64,000 bases of DNA from Verrucomicrobiota bacterium (GTDB taxonomy: Bacteria; Verrucomicrobiota; Verrucomicrobiia; Limisphaerales; RI-55), in assembly GCA_041689265.1 (NCBI GenBank), contig JBDNGP010000045.1, positions 1,029 to 65,028 of the forward strand, read 5' to 3'. The notes beneath the pieces are model-generated. The model ran no database searches and was not told the origin of the DNA. It saw only the letters and a program-made list of their open reading frames with translations. This document shows positions 1-9,299 of the stretch, piece after piece (within the stretch, counting starts at the first letter, position 1; every line of letters starts with the position of its first letter). The translations under genes and the position numbers were made by a program.

Positions 1-44
1 GCGCGCGATGATCTGAACGGGCGTGTTTCGCTGATGTCGGTGAG

Positions 45-1091
45 CTAGGCGGGTGTGGCGGCCCGCCTGAGGCGGTCGGAGATGCCCTTCCATTCCGCCG
101 TCTCCGGCACGGCTTCGATGATAATCCACCGGGCACCGTCCTCGTCGCAACGGTGGAGTTCCGCGTAGAGCGCACGGGCGTAGGCCTCGGCGTCATGTGG
201 AATCACGTGGATGCTCATCCACCCTTCGGGTGAGGGAATGTGGGTGTGGCAGATTACCGTGGTTCGCACCGGGTCGATTCCCGCTGTGCCGGTTTGAGCC
301 AGCAAATCTTCCGTCGAATTCCACGCGAACGCCGTTAGTGTTCCCTTCGGTGCGTAATGCCTCGGAAGCTGCCCGGGGCTGCGCAACGGGCCGGACTCGT
401 CGTGGCCCGGTTCGCGCAATTGTCCGAGCGTCGCCAACAGGCTTTCTTCGTGGATCATTCCCGGTCGCAGAATTCTGGGGGCGGCGCCAGTGAGATCGAC
501 CACAGTTGATTCGATGCCGACCTGTGATTGCCCGCCGTCGACAATCAGCTTCAACCGGTTCCCCAAACTACGCCGGACGTGCTCGGCGTTTGTCGGCGAA
601 ATCTCGTTTGAACGGTTGGCGCTCGGTGCGGCGAGTGGAAATCCGCAGGCGCGAATCACCTGTTGCATGAACGGATGCCCGGGCCAGCGGATGCCGACCG
701 TTTCACCGTCGGCGGTCACGATGTCCGGAATCAACGACGACCTCGGCAGCACCATCGTCAAGGGCCCCGGCCAGAACGCCCGGGCCAGTCGCTCGGCGGA
801 CTCGGTCCACTCCTTCACACACGTCCGCGCCATCGCGACGTCGGCAACGTGGACGATGATCGGATTGTGCGCGGGTCGCCCCTTGATCTTATAAATCTGA
901 CTGACGGCCTCCGTCGAAAGCGCGTTGGCCGCGAGTCCGTAAACCGTTTCCGTCGGCAGGCCGACGAGGTCGCCCGACTTGAGCCGTTCAACGGCGATAC
1001 CCACCGCAGTGCGAAACAGCGCGGGAGTGTGGGTGGACAGAACTTCACAGGACATAAGGCGGGAGCAAAGTAACGGCAACTCGTCCGGCAA
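45..1091 (-). CDS. tsaC: L-threonylcarbamoyladenylate synthase, Sua5/YwlC type (YrdC domain + C-terminal Sua5 domain)
   Basis: 348-aa ORF with YrdC-fold motifs LVGLPTETVYGLAANA, KGRPAHNPIIVHV, PLAAPSANRSNEISPT, VDGGQSQVGIESTVVDL. The true start may be the internal Met at 1052. Confidence 0.85.
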   Translation of the reverse strand: MPDELPLLCSRLMSCEVLSTHTPALFRTAVGIAVERLKSGDLVGLPTETVYGLAANALSTEAVSQIYKIKGRPAHNPIIVHVADVAMARTCVKEWTESAERLARAFWPGPLTMVLPRSSLIPDIVTADGETVGIRWPGHPFMQQVIRACGFPLAAPSANRSNEISPTNAEHVRRSLGNRLKLIVDGGQSQVGIESTVVDLTGAAPRILRPGMIHEESLLATLGQLREPGHDESGPLRSPGQLPRHYAPKGTLTAFAWNSTEDLLAQTGTAGIDPVRTTVICHTHIPSPEGWMSIHVIPHDAEAYARALYAELHRCDEDGARWIIIEAVPETAEWKGISDRLRRAATPA

Positions 1092-1124
1092 AACAAGTCG
1101 GCGGATTTTGCTGTTCGGATCGGA

Positions 1125-2180
1125 TTGCCTTTTTATGCTGTCGACATGCTTGCAACTCTCACAGCCAAACTGGCCGGTGGTGATTCCCTCACCCGCGCGG
1201 ACGTCGCGCAGGCCGTGAAGTCGTTGACGACAGAAAACAGCCCGGCCAAGGACAAGGCGGACTTTCTTCTGGTGCTGGCTGACAAGGGGGAGACGACGGA
1301 CGAGATTGCGGCGTTCGCCAGTGAGCTGCGGGAACTTTCAATCACGCCCCCGCTCGATGTTGAAACACGGGCCCGCGATATTCTGGATGTCTGCGGCACC
1401 GGTGGTGATCAGCTGGGCACGTTCAACATTTCGACGACCGTCGCTTTGGTCGTGGCGTCGGCCGGGGTCACGGTCGCCAAGCACGGCAATCGCGCGATCA
1501 CGTCCAAGTCCGGCAGCGCCGACGTGCTGGAAGCGCTCGGCATCCGGATCGACCTCACTCCGGCGGAAGCGGCGGTCGCCTTAAGGGAGCACAATTTCGC
1601 GTTCCTTTTTGCGCCGCATTATCATCCCGCGTTCAAACACATCGGTCCGGCGCGGAAGATTTGCGCGGAGAAGGGGCGTCGAACGATTTTCAATTTTCTC
1701 GGACCGCTGCTGAATCCGGCGCGACCGACCTGCCAGCTGATTGGTGTTCCGCGCAGCGAACTTTGCGAACCGATGGCGAAAGTTTTGCAGATGCTGGGCA
1801 TCCGTCGCGGCATGGTGGTGAGCGGAAAAGTTGGCGACAAACAACTCGACGAACTGTCGACGTTGGGGCCGACGACAATCGCGGAATTTTATCAGGACCG
1901 GGCGTTTGCTTTGAGCACGCTGGAGCCGGAGAATCTGCCGGTCGCTCCCGCGAGCGTCGCGGATCTCGCGGGCGGGGACCGTGAGGAGAACGCCGGGATC
2001 ATCCGCCGGATTCTTTCGGGCGAAGATCGCGGGCCGAAACGCGACGCCGTGCTGCTCAATGCCGGTGCTGCATTCTTCGTGGTGGGCAAGACGGATTCGA
2101 TTGGCGAAGGCTGGGAGCTGGCAGCGGAGCAGATTGATTCGGGATCGGCGCGGGAGAAATTAAAAACCCTCGCCGGTTAG
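1125..2180 (+). CDS. trpD: anthranilate phosphoribosyltransferase
   Basis: Motifs DVCGTGGDQLGTFNISTTVALVVASAGVTVAKHGNRAITSKSGSADVLEALGI and FAPHYHPAFKH. An alternative start at 1146 (MLATLTAKL) is plausible. Confidence 0.93.
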   Translation: MPFYAVDMLATLTAKLAGGDSLTRADVAQAVKSLTTENSPAKDKADFLLVLADKGETTDEIAAFASELRELSITPPLDVETRARDILDVCGTGGDQLGTFNISTTVALVVASAGVTVAKHGNRAITSKSGSADVLEALGIRIDLTPAEAAVALREHNFAFLFAPHYHPAFKHIGPARKICAEKGRRTIFNFLGPLLNPARPTCQLIGVPRSELCEPMAKVLQMLGIRRGMVVSGKVGDKQLDELSTLGPTTIAEFYQDRAFALSTLEPENLPVAPASVADLAGGDREENAGIIRRILSGEDRGPKRDAVLLNAGAAFFVVGKTDSIGEGWELAAEQIDSGSAREKLKTLAG

Positions 2181-2191
2181 GGCGAGGGTTT
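2160..2191 (-). terminator. hairpin between convergent trpD and the PEP-CTERM gene; candidate terminator for the minus-strand gene
   Basis: 11-bp stem aaaccctcgcc / ggcgagggttt with a 6-nt loop. On the minus strand it is followed by UUUUAAUUU. It overlaps the last trpD codons. Confidence 0.4.
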
Positions 2192-2232
2192 CAGCAGTGC
2201 AGTAATCGAAGAAGAAGTAAGACGACTGCAAA

Positions 2233-2844
2233 TTATTTTCGGCGACGGAGACGGCTGGCCAGGAATACCGAACCACCCGCAAGCAAAAGCCAGGTCGAGG
2301 GTTCGGGAACCGTCCTAAGGGCGAGGCCGTCCAAGACGACATTGTCCAATCGGAAAGTGCCGGAAGGGCCTGTCGCTCCGGTTCCATAAATTCGGACTTG
2401 TGCCGAACTCAACGTGGAAAACCCAGAAATTGGTACGGTCGCGGGATAGAACGTATTCCCTGTTAACGTAGCCGTCATGCTTCCGGACGAGACGTTCAAA
2501 CCGTTGATAGTAACTTCGTAGCCAGACGGTCCTGTGGAACTTCGTCGGTAATCGAACGACAGGGAGGACAAATCGAGTGCGATTCCGGGATTTGCCGTGA
2601 CGGTAAATTCCCAGTATCGGTCACTTGCGTTCCAACCATTACCGCTGATGGCGTCCCCGGGGCTTCCGGTAGAAAAACCAAAAGCTACGGCGTTTCTGGA
2701 AAAGTCCGATGCCGAAACTTCGCCATCAACAAAACTCGGCGTCGCCACATCACCTTCAAAATCATAAGTCACCAACTGGGCTCCGGCGTCACCGCTCCAG
2801 GCGAGGGCCAGGAGAATTGTGGACAAAAACAACGTCTTTTTCAT
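2233..2844 (-). CDS. PEP-CTERM sorting-domain secreted protein
   Basis: Signal peptide MKKTLFLSTILLALAWSGDAGAQ. The C-terminus VPEPSTWLLLAGGSVFLASRLRRRK is a PEP motif plus TM helix plus basic tail. The ORF track extends to 2880, but the Met at 2844 gives a canonical signal peptide. Confidence 0.8.
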   Translation of the reverse strand: MKKTLFLSTILLALAWSGDAGAQLVTYDFEGDVATPSFVDGEVSASDFSRNAVAFGFSTGSPGDAISGNGWNASDRYWEFTVTANPGIALDLSSLSFDYRRSSTGPSGYEVTINGLNVSSGSMTATLTGNTFYPATVPISGFSTLSSAQVRIYGTGATGPSGTFRLDNVVLDGLALRTVPEPSTWLLLAGGSVFLASRLRRRK

Positions 2845-3078
2845 AACAACAGGAACAGGGATTGGCGTTCGGGATTTCATAGTTTGGTGGTCGGATTCGG
2901 CTCTGGCAAGGGTGTTCTCGGCCTAGTCGTGTGACAATCTTGCATCCCTCTGATTTTCAACCGGCTAAACCAAATTTTTGGATGTCATTATCACCGGACA
3001 CAAAGCATAGTGTAGGGGAAATACGCGAACCGGCGGGAAACCGCCGATGTCTGAACCCGATATCGAGAAAGGAATAAC

Positions 3079-3393
3079 ATGGAAAATACAGAATTTAGTG
3101 AAGCCTCCGAGTCTTCACGGGATAAGATCATGTCCGATTTTAAAACTCTGATGCACGATGCGGAGGATCTGATGAAGGCGACGGCCGGTGATCTGGGCGA
3201 AAAAGCCAAGGAAGCGCGGGACCGGTTAAAGGTCGCCCTGAATCGGGCCAAGGATTCGTGTCAGGGCGTGGAGGATAAGGCTGCGGCAGGAGCCAAGGCC
3301 ACTGACAAGGTCATCCGCGAGCATCCCTACCAATCCTTGGGAGTTGCTTTCGGAGTCGGGCTGTTGATCGGCGTGCTGGTCAACCGCCGTTAG
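3079..3393 (+). CDS. DUF883/ElaB-YqjD family tail-anchored stress protein
   Basis: 104 aa with a helical charged N-part and a C-terminal HPYQSLGVAFGVGLLIGVLVNRR anchor typical of ElaB/YqjD. RBS gagaaagga lies upstream. Confidence 0.75.
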   Translation: MENTEFSEASESSRDKIMSDFKTLMHDAEDLMKATAGDLGEKAKEARDRLKVALNRAKDSCQGVEDKAAAGAKATDKVIREHPYQSLGVAFGVGLLIGVLVNRR

Positions 3394-3396
3394 CCC

Positions 3397-3795
3397 ATGA
3401 GCGAACCGGAAGAATCCGGGCCGTCGCGCGGCCCGCTTGAGTCCGCCAAGAATGTGATCGAGTCCGTGCTGGGCCTGGTTGAACGGCGGGTTGAACTCGC
3501 CGCCGCAGAGCTTCAGGAAGAAAAGTTCCGGCTGGTCGATCACCTGTTCCGGCTTGCGGTCGTGGGCGTGCTTGGTTTGATGGCGATGTTCGTCGCGACG
3601 ATTTTTGTGATCGTTGTGACGTGGGACACGGCGGCGCGGCTCTACGTCATCTTCGCGCTGGCGGCGGCGTACGGGGTGGCCGCGTGGCGCTGTTATGGGT
3701 CGCTGAAGCGGGCGGTTGAAGAAAGCCCGGATCCGTTCTCGGCGACTGTGGAAGAATTACGAAAGGACCGTGAATGGTTTCAGAAGAAAAACTGA
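3397..3795 (+). CDS. YqjE-like membrane protein (phage-holin-3_6/DUF1469-like)
   Basis: 132 aa with two TM helices (LAVVGVLGLMAMFVATIFVIVV, LYVIFALAAAYGVAAW). It starts 3 nt after the ElaB-like gene, matching the yqjD-yqjE-yqjK order in E. coli. Confidence 0.6.
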   Translation: MSEPEESGPSRGPLESAKNVIESVLGLVERRVELAAAELQEEKFRLVDHLFRLAVVGVLGLMAMFVATIFVIVVTWDTAARLYVIFALAAAYGVAAWRCYGSLKRAVEESPDPFSATVEELRKDREWFQKKN

Positions 3796-4055
3796 GGCAG
3801 CTCAAAGAGGAGAAGGACCTGTTGATCGCCCAGTGTGATCTGCATCGCGGCATTATCGCCGTGGAGATCGCGCGTACGCGGCATTCGTTCGACTGGTTTT
3901 CACGCTGTTCGGAAACATTCGACCGGGTGCGTCCGTGGATTCCGCTGGCCGCACCGGTCGCCGGGTTTTTCATGATTCGAAACTGGCGGACCGTGCTGAA
4001 GTGGTCCGGTCGGACGGTGGGTTGGAAACTGCTTGGGCGGCTGATTCGTTTTTGA
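3774..4055 (+). CDS. YqjK-like small protein
   Basis: 93 aa. N-terminal LRQLKEEKDLLIAQCDLHRGIIAVE heptad segment and a hydrophobic segment PWIPLAAPVAGFFMI. It overlaps the upstream gene by 22 nt. Confidence 0.45.
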   Translation: MVSEEKLRQLKEEKDLLIAQCDLHRGIIAVEIARTRHSFDWFSRCSETFDRVRPWIPLAAPVAGFFMIRNWRTVLKWSGRTVGWKLLGRLIRF

Positions 4056-4070
4056 TCGAACGCCGACACG

Positions 4071-4100
4071 AAAAAGCCCGGGAGTGATCCCGGGCTTTCG
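4071..4100. terminator. bidirectional rho-independent terminator between convergent yqjK-like and secG
   Basis: aaaaa-agcccggga-gtga-tcccgggct-ttcg: a 9-bp GC-rich stem flanked by an A-run on one side and a T-rich run on the other. Confidence 0.65.
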
Positions 4101-4168
4101 TCGTTAAGAGGGATTCACTTACTGCTGAGGATCAACCGGCGCCGATTCCGTGGCCGGCGGGGTGGTGG

Positions 4169-4498
4169 TCACAGGTCCTGAGGGACGGCGGCGGGAGCTG
4201 TCTTCACCGGAGTGGCCTCCAGCTGTTCCTTCACAATGATGCTGTTGCGATTCGCGCTTTTCGTGTAGAGCAGTGACAGGACGATCACCAGGACGAAGAA
4301 CATGATGGCTGCCCATTTGGTTGCCTTCGTGAGGACGTTGCCCGCGCCAGAGCCGACCAGTGCATCGACGGCGCCGCCGCCAAAGGCCGCGCCGCCGAGG
4401 CCTGCTTCCTTTTTCGGCAGCTGCATGAGTATGAGCAGACCGAGAAACAGGCAGTCGAGAACAAGAAAGAAGGTGAGAATGTAGATGAGGATATCCAT
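4169..4498 (-). CDS. secG: preprotein translocase subunit SecG
   Basis: 109 aa. MDILIYILTFFLVLDCLFLGLLILMQLPKKEAGLGGAFGGG..., two TM helices and a Gly-rich loop. Sits in the classic pgk-tpiA-secG arrangement. Confidence 0.85.
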   Translation of the reverse strand: MDILIYILTFFLVLDCLFLGLLILMQLPKKEAGLGGAAFGGGAVDALVGSGAGNVLTKATKWAAIMFFVLVIVLSLLYTKSANRNSIIVKEQLEATPVKTAPAAVPQDL

Positions 4499-4507
4499 GA
4501 TGATTCG

Positions 4508-5272
4508 TTAAATAATGTTTTTGATGATGTCACCAAAGCTGCGTTCTTCGAGGGACGCACCGCCGACCAGTGCGCCGTCCACGTCGGGCTGGCTCATGAG
4601 TTCGCGGGCATTTGCGGGCTTCACACTGCCGCCGTACTGGATGCGGACCTTTTTCGCGGCGGCTTCGCCAGCGATGTTGCCGATCAGTTTCCGGATGAAC
4701 GCGTGAACTTCTTGGGCCTGGGCGGAACTCGCCGTCTTACCGGTGCCGATCGCCCAGACAGGTTCGTAGGCAATGATCGTTTCTTCGATCTGTGTCGGGG
4801 TCAATCCCGTGAGACTGCCGCGGACCTGATTCTCAACGACTGCGTTGGTCCGGCCGGATTCGCGGTCTTCGAGCAGTTCGCCGACGCAGACAATTGGTTT
4901 AAGCGAGGCGGCATGGGCGGCGGCGGCTTTGGCGGCCACCAGTTCGTTGGACTCTTTCTGAAACTGACGACGTTCGGAGTGACCGAGGATGACGTAGTGG
5001 ACGGACAGGTCGCGCAACATGCCGGCGGCAATCTCGCCGGTGTGGGCGCCGTAGCTGTGCTCGCTCATGTTCTGGGCACCCAGCCGCATGTTCGAATCGA
5101 CGATGGCTTTCGAAACCTCGCTCAGCGCGGTGAACGGCGGGCAGACGACGATGTCCACTTCCTTCACGCCCTTCGTTTCGAGCTTCAACCCGTCCAACAG
5201 GTCGAGGGCGTCGGCAACGGTTTTGTTCATCTTCCAGTTGCCGGCAATGATCAGTCTGCGTTCTTTTTCCAT
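4508..5272 (-). CDS. tpiA: triosephosphate isomerase
   Basis: Motifs AGNWKMN, ILGHSERR, IAYEPVWAIGTG, QYGGSVKP. Confidence 0.95.
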   Translation of the reverse strand: MEKERRLIIAGNWKMNKTVADALDLLDGLKLETKGVKEVDIVVCPPFTALSEVSKAIVDSNMRLGAQNMSEHSYGAHTGEIAAGMLRDLSVHYVILGHSERRQFQKESNELVAAKAAAAHAASLKPIVCVGELLEDRESGRTNAVVENQVRGSLTGLTPTQIEETIIAYEPVWAIGTGKTASSAQAQEVHAFIRKLIGNIAGEAAAKKVRIQYGGSVKPANARELMSQPDVDGALVGGASLEERSFGDIIKNII

Positions 5273-5308
5273 ACGTTTGCTATCGAATCTTTAAAGCTGT
5301 TAAAAAAA

Positions 5309-6565
5309 TTATTTGTCCGTCAGCGCGGCGACCCCCGGCAGTTCGTTTCCTTCGAGAAACTCCAGGCTCGCTCCGCCGCCGGTGCTCATGAACGTGACCT
5401 TGTCACCGAGACCGGCCTGGTTGATCGCCTTCACGCTGTCGCCTCCGCCGATGATCGATTTGGCACCGTTTTTCTGGGTCGCGTCCACCACGGCCTGGGC
5501 CACGGCAAACGTTCCTTTTGAAAACCGTTCGTCCTCGAAAATGCCCATCGGGCCGTTCCAAAGAATCGTCTTCGCGCCGGCGATCACATCGCTGAACGTC
5601 TTGGAAGTGGCCGGACCGATGTCGACGCCTTCGAGGTCGTCGGGAATGTTGGGCTCGGTATTGATCGAAGGATCGTGCAGCTCGATGATGTTCTTGCCCT
5701 TTTTGTTCAGCTTGTCCGTCTTGACCGGGCGGGCGACGACGTTGTCGCTCGGGATCAGGAACTGAATTTTCTTTGCGGCGGCCTTTTCAACGGCGGCTTT
5801 TGCGACATCGGTTTTGTCCGGTTCCACCAGCGATTTACCGACCTTCAGGCCTTCGGCCAGCTTGAACGTGTAGGCCATCGCGCCGCCGATCAGAATCGTG
5901 TCCGCCTTTTCGAGCAGGCGATCAATGACCTTGATCTTGTCGGACACTTTCGCGCCGCCGAGAATCACCACGAACGGGCGGGCAGGGGAGTCGAGTTCAT
6001 CACCGAGAAATTTCAGTTCGAGTTCCATCAACAGACCGGCGGCGCATTTTCCACCGCGAGCGGCGATGACGCTGGCGATTCCGGCGGTCGAAGCGTGTGC
6101 CCGGTGCGCCGCGCCGAATGCGTCGTTCACATAAATGTCGGCCACCTTCGCCAGTTTCTCGGAAAACGCCGGATCGTTGGCTTCTTCTTCGGCATAAAAG
6201 CGGGTGTTTTCCAGCAGGAGAATATCGCCATTCTGAAGTGCCCCGGCCGTCTTCTCGACTTTTTCGCCGATGCAGTCGTCGGTGAACGCGATCGGACGTC
6301 CGATCAGATCCGCCAGTTTTGCAGCGACCGGCTTGAGGGACATGGTGGGCTCGACCTTGCCGTCCGGGCGACCGAGGTGGGCGGCTAGGATGATGCGGGC
6401 GCCGCCTTTGATCAGCAGATCGAGCGTCGGCAGCGTGGCACGGATGCGGGTATCGTCGTTGATGACCATCTGACCGTTTTGTTCGGCCATCGGTACATTG
6501 TAATCAACTCGTACAAACACACGTTTGCCGCGTATATCAAGATCGTTAACTGTCAGTTTTGCCAT
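5309..6565 (-). CDS. pgk: phosphoglycerate kinase
   Basis: Motifs RVDYNVP, AHLGRP, NDAFGAAHRAHAS, IIGGGDS, STGGGASLEFLEG. Confidence 0.95.
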   Translation of the reverse strand: MAKLTVNDLDIRGKRVFVRVDYNVPMAEQNGQMVINDDTRIRATLPTLDLLIKGGARIILAAHLGRPDGKVEPTMSLKPVAAKLADLIGRPIAFTDDCIGEKVEKTAGALQNGDILLLENTRFYAEEEANDPAFSEKLAKVADIYVNDAFGAAHRAHASTAGIASVIAARGGKCAAGLLMELELKFLGDELDSPARPFVVILGGAKVSDKIKVIDRLLEKADTILIGGAMAYTFKLAEGLKVGKSLVEPDKTDVAKAAVEKAAAKKIQFLIPSDNVVARPVKTDKLNKKGKNIIELHDPSINTEPNIPDDLEGVDIGPATSKTFSDVIAGAKTILWNGPMGIFEDERFSKGTFAVAQAVVDATQKNGAKSIIGGGDSVKAINQAGLGDKVTFMSTGGGASLEFLEGNELPGVAALTDK

Positions 6566-6719
6566 AGGGACTCAGCACAAAGGACGGGGAGAATAGCGAA
6601 GACAGCCACCGAGTCAAACGGGGAATTCGACGTGAAAAAATGTGGTTTTTTTACCATTCCCGCGCCCGGACCCTCATTGCCTACTTTACACCCCCGGTAC
6701 GGCTGACTAACGTCCGGTC

Positions 6720-7400
6720 ATGCCGTCGCCCTTTGACCCATCTGATTTCGAAGACCACGAATACAAGGCCGCCCAGGAAGCCCCGTATCGTGGCCCGGAG
6801 GAAGTGTCCGGATCGCCCGCGACCCGCCCGCCCACGCGGGACGAGGTGGATTCGCAGGTCGGCGAGATGCAAAAACGCCTTTCTGATCTAAAGCGGCAGC
6901 AGGAAAATCTGGAGCGGCAGCGGACGCAGTTGGAGGAAACGCGGCGACGTCAGGCGGAATTTGAAAACAGCCGCAGTGAACTGCTCGAACAACTGACCCG
7001 CGGCGTCGGCGTGCTCGAGGAAAAGGAACTGGATGCCCGTCGTGAAGTCGATGCGATGGCCCGGGCACTCGAAGATCTCCGGCTGTCGCTGAGCAAGATC
7101 CAAGGCCTGCGCGAGGACAGCTGGAGCTCGGAGAACATACAGATCGAGCTGACCCGTGCGTTGACCACGCTGGAGAACGCGCGGATGGAATGGCACTCGG
7201 TTCGGGTAAAATTTCCCGACGTGGACCGGACTCCAGAAGAAGCCGAGGAAGCGGCGCAACATGCCGCGCGCGCCGGCAATCCGTTTCTTCAACCGCAGGA
7301 CTGGCCGCAGCTGTTCCGGCTGGGCATCGCGCTGACCTGGCCGCTCGTGTTGTTGGGGATTGCGATCGTCGTCGTCCTGATGTTCGCGCTGCGCAATTAA
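6720..7400 (+). CDS. hypothetical tail-anchored coiled-coil protein
   Basis: 226 aa. Long Glu/Arg/Leu-rich heptad region (LSDLKRQQENLERQRTQLEETRRRQAEFEN...) and one C-terminal TM (LTWPLVLLGIAIVVVLMFAL). The opposite-strand 377-aa ORF is Arg/Pro/Ala-rich junk. Confidence 0.6.
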   Translation: MPSPFDPSDFEDHEYKAAQEAPYRGPEEVSGSPATRPPTRDEVDSQVGEMQKRLSDLKRQQENLERQRTQLEETRRRQAEFENSRSELLEQLTRGVGVLEEKELDARREVDAMARALEDLRLSLSKIQGLREDSWSSENIQIELTRALTTLENARMEWHSVRVKFPDVDRTPEEAEEAAQHAARAGNPFLQPQDWPQLFRLGIALTWPLVLLGIAIVVVLMFALRN

Positions 7401-7416
7401 GATTTGGCCGATCAAC

Positions 7417-7926
7417 ATGGGTCTGTTTGGCAAAAAGAAAAACCCTCTCAAGGACCGCGAGAATTCTCTGAACGCGGAAATTGAGAGTTTGGAAGATCAG
7501 ATCCACCGGCTGAATTCCGTACTCGATAAGGCGGCGAAAAGTGCCGATGCAAAATCTGCGGCGCCGCTGGCCGCCCGGGCTGCCGATCCCGGACGAAAAC
7601 CCGTCTCGCCCGACGGTGATCCCGTGTTCGAACCGGTCGATCAGAACCGGTTGCACGACACGAAAATACCGAACCCGTTTTCCAAAACCAAGGAACCCCG
7701 TTCGATCCAAACCGAGGGTTCCGTTTCGTTCTGGGAAAAGCTCACGCGGTTTTTCCGGGGACCGACAAGCAGCAATCCGAGGCTGGTGAACTACCTCGCG
7801 GCGGGAAACATTCACGGACTGCGTCCCCTCCGTTACGAAAAACGAATCCACCGAAACCGCACGCTGCTCTGGGTCGGCATCCTCCTCGTCGCCCTGATCG
7901 GCCTGATCAAGATGCTGATCCGATAG
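7417..7926 (+). CDS. hypothetical tail-anchored protein with short N-terminal coiled coil
   Basis: 169 aa. NAEIESLEDQIHRLNSVLDKA followed by a C-terminal TM LLWVGILLVALIGLIKMLI. Same architecture as the upstream gene. Confidence 0.55.
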   Translation: MGLFGKKKNPLKDRENSLNAEIESLEDQIHRLNSVLDKAAKSADAKSAAPLAARAADPGRKPVSPDGDPVFEPVDQNRLHDTKIPNPFSKTKEPRSIQTEGSVSFWEKLTRFFRGPTSSNPRLVNYLAAGNIHGLRPLRYEKRIHRNRTLLWVGILLVALIGLIKMLIR

Positions 7927-7941
7927 CCCGGCCCGCGCCGC

Positions 7942-9117
7942 TCAGTCGAGCTTCAGCAGCTCCCGCTGCCATTTCATCAGAAAGTCAACGGCGCGGTTCT
8001 CGTTCTGCGCGACCGACAGCATCGTGGCTTTGCTGGCGACGAGTGTCGGATCCAGCTTAAGTTTTTCAGCCTGTTGATCCCGGACCTGCCGCAACTTGTC
8101 GAAACGCGCCATGTCGCTGTCAGTGGCGCGGTTGCCGGTGCGTTTCTTTTGCTGAGGACACTCGGCTTCTGGCAATTCAACACCTGCTTCGTATGCCTCC
8201 TTGAGTCCGGTCTTCCGGCGGGCAGTCAGAAATTTGGCGAGACGCGGGCCGCGTTCGGGATGCTGTTCGGCCTGTATCGCACAGCTGATGATGATTTCGT
8301 GCGGCAAAATATAATAGGGAGGCCGGTTGCTGTTGATCGCCTCCTCCTCCCGCCAAAGCCAGATCGACCTGAGCACGGCCAGTCCACGCGGCCTGAGTTT
8401 GCTGCTGCCTTTCAGGCGCCAGACGCCGTCCAGATCCCGCTCGTCGGGCCTGGCCGCCTCGAGAATCAAACGCTGGCAATACTCCCGGTGCCAATCGGTG
8501 CGACCCAATGTTTTCAGTTCCTTGGTGAGCGCGTCGACCAATGGTTTGAGATAGTGGGTGTCGTTCCGGGCGTAGGTTTCCATCCGTTCGGTCAGCGGAC
8601 GTTTGCCCCAGTTTGCCGTCTGCGAAGTCTTTTCGAGTTCGACGCCGAGATATTTCATTACCAAATCCCGCAGGCCGAACGTCGTGTTTCCGACCAGCCG
8701 GCCCGCCAGCATCGTGTCAAAGATGTGCTTCGGAACAAAACCATACTGCCGGCGCAGCAGACGGAGATCGTAGTCAGCTCCGTGAAAAATCAATTCGCGG
8801 TCCGCCAACGCCTCCCAGAGCGGTCCGAGATCGAATCCCGCCAGCGGATCAATCAGGTAATCGCCTGATTCCAAGCCGATTTGCAGCAGGCACACCTTTT
8901 CCGGATACGCGTGGCGGCTGTCGGCCTCCGTGTCCATGGCGATCCATTTCGCCGATTCCACTTTGGGCAGAAATGCCTGCAACAACGCTTCCGTATTTAT
9001 CACGGGCGGATAGATAGAGTAACAACAGCCCGCACAAAAGCCGAAAAACATCGATACCGACAGTTTTGCTCTGGTTTGAACGGATCCAATAGTGTGGAGA
9101 ATCTCGTTCCGAAGCAT
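7942..9117 (-). CDS. rnd: ribonuclease D (DEDDy 3'-5' exonuclease + HRDC domain)
   Basis: Motifs MDTEADS, LLQIG, HGADYDLRLL, YARNDTHYL; the HRDC-like tail is LRQVRDQQAEKLKLDPTLVASKATMLSVA. The Met at 9051 is an alternative start. Confidence 0.85.
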   Translation of the reverse strand: MLRNEILHTIGSVQTRAKLSVSMFFGFCAGCCYSIYPPVINTEALLQAFLPKVESAKWIAMDTEADSRHAYPEKVCLLQIGLESGDYLIDPLAGFDLGPLWEALADRELIFHGADYDLRLLRRQYGFVPKHIFDTMLAGRLVGNTTFGLRDLVMKYLGVELEKTSQTANWGKRPLTERMETYARNDTHYLKPLVDALTKELKTLGRTDWHREYCQRLILEAARPDERDLDGVWRLKGSSKLRPRGLAVLRSIWLWREEEAINSNRPPYYILPHEIIISCAIQAEQHPERGPRLAKFLTARRKTGLKEAYEAGVELPEAECPQQKKRTGNRATDSDMARFDKLRQVRDQQAEKLKLDPTLVASKATMLSVAQNENRAVDFLMKWQRELLKLD

Positions 9118-9299
9118 TTTTCACCCGGCGGGGTCATTACAATTGGCAATTGGAGGAGCCGTCGGATTGCGATTCGGACCCGGGATGCTCCAACCACTTT
9201 GCCCGGGCTGGGTCTCATCTTCCTTTCCCAGTTCCACCAAATAAGAGACAGGCGGCCGCCTCTGACAGCGACCGCCTTGTCAGCCAGGTGAAGTCTGGC

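Noticed and set aside
6718-7851. 377-aa minus-strand ORF opposite the two coiled-coil genes
   Set aside because: The translation is Arg/Pro/Ala/Ser low-complexity sequence. The plus-strand ORFs have coherent coiled-coil plus TM architecture and tight spacing.
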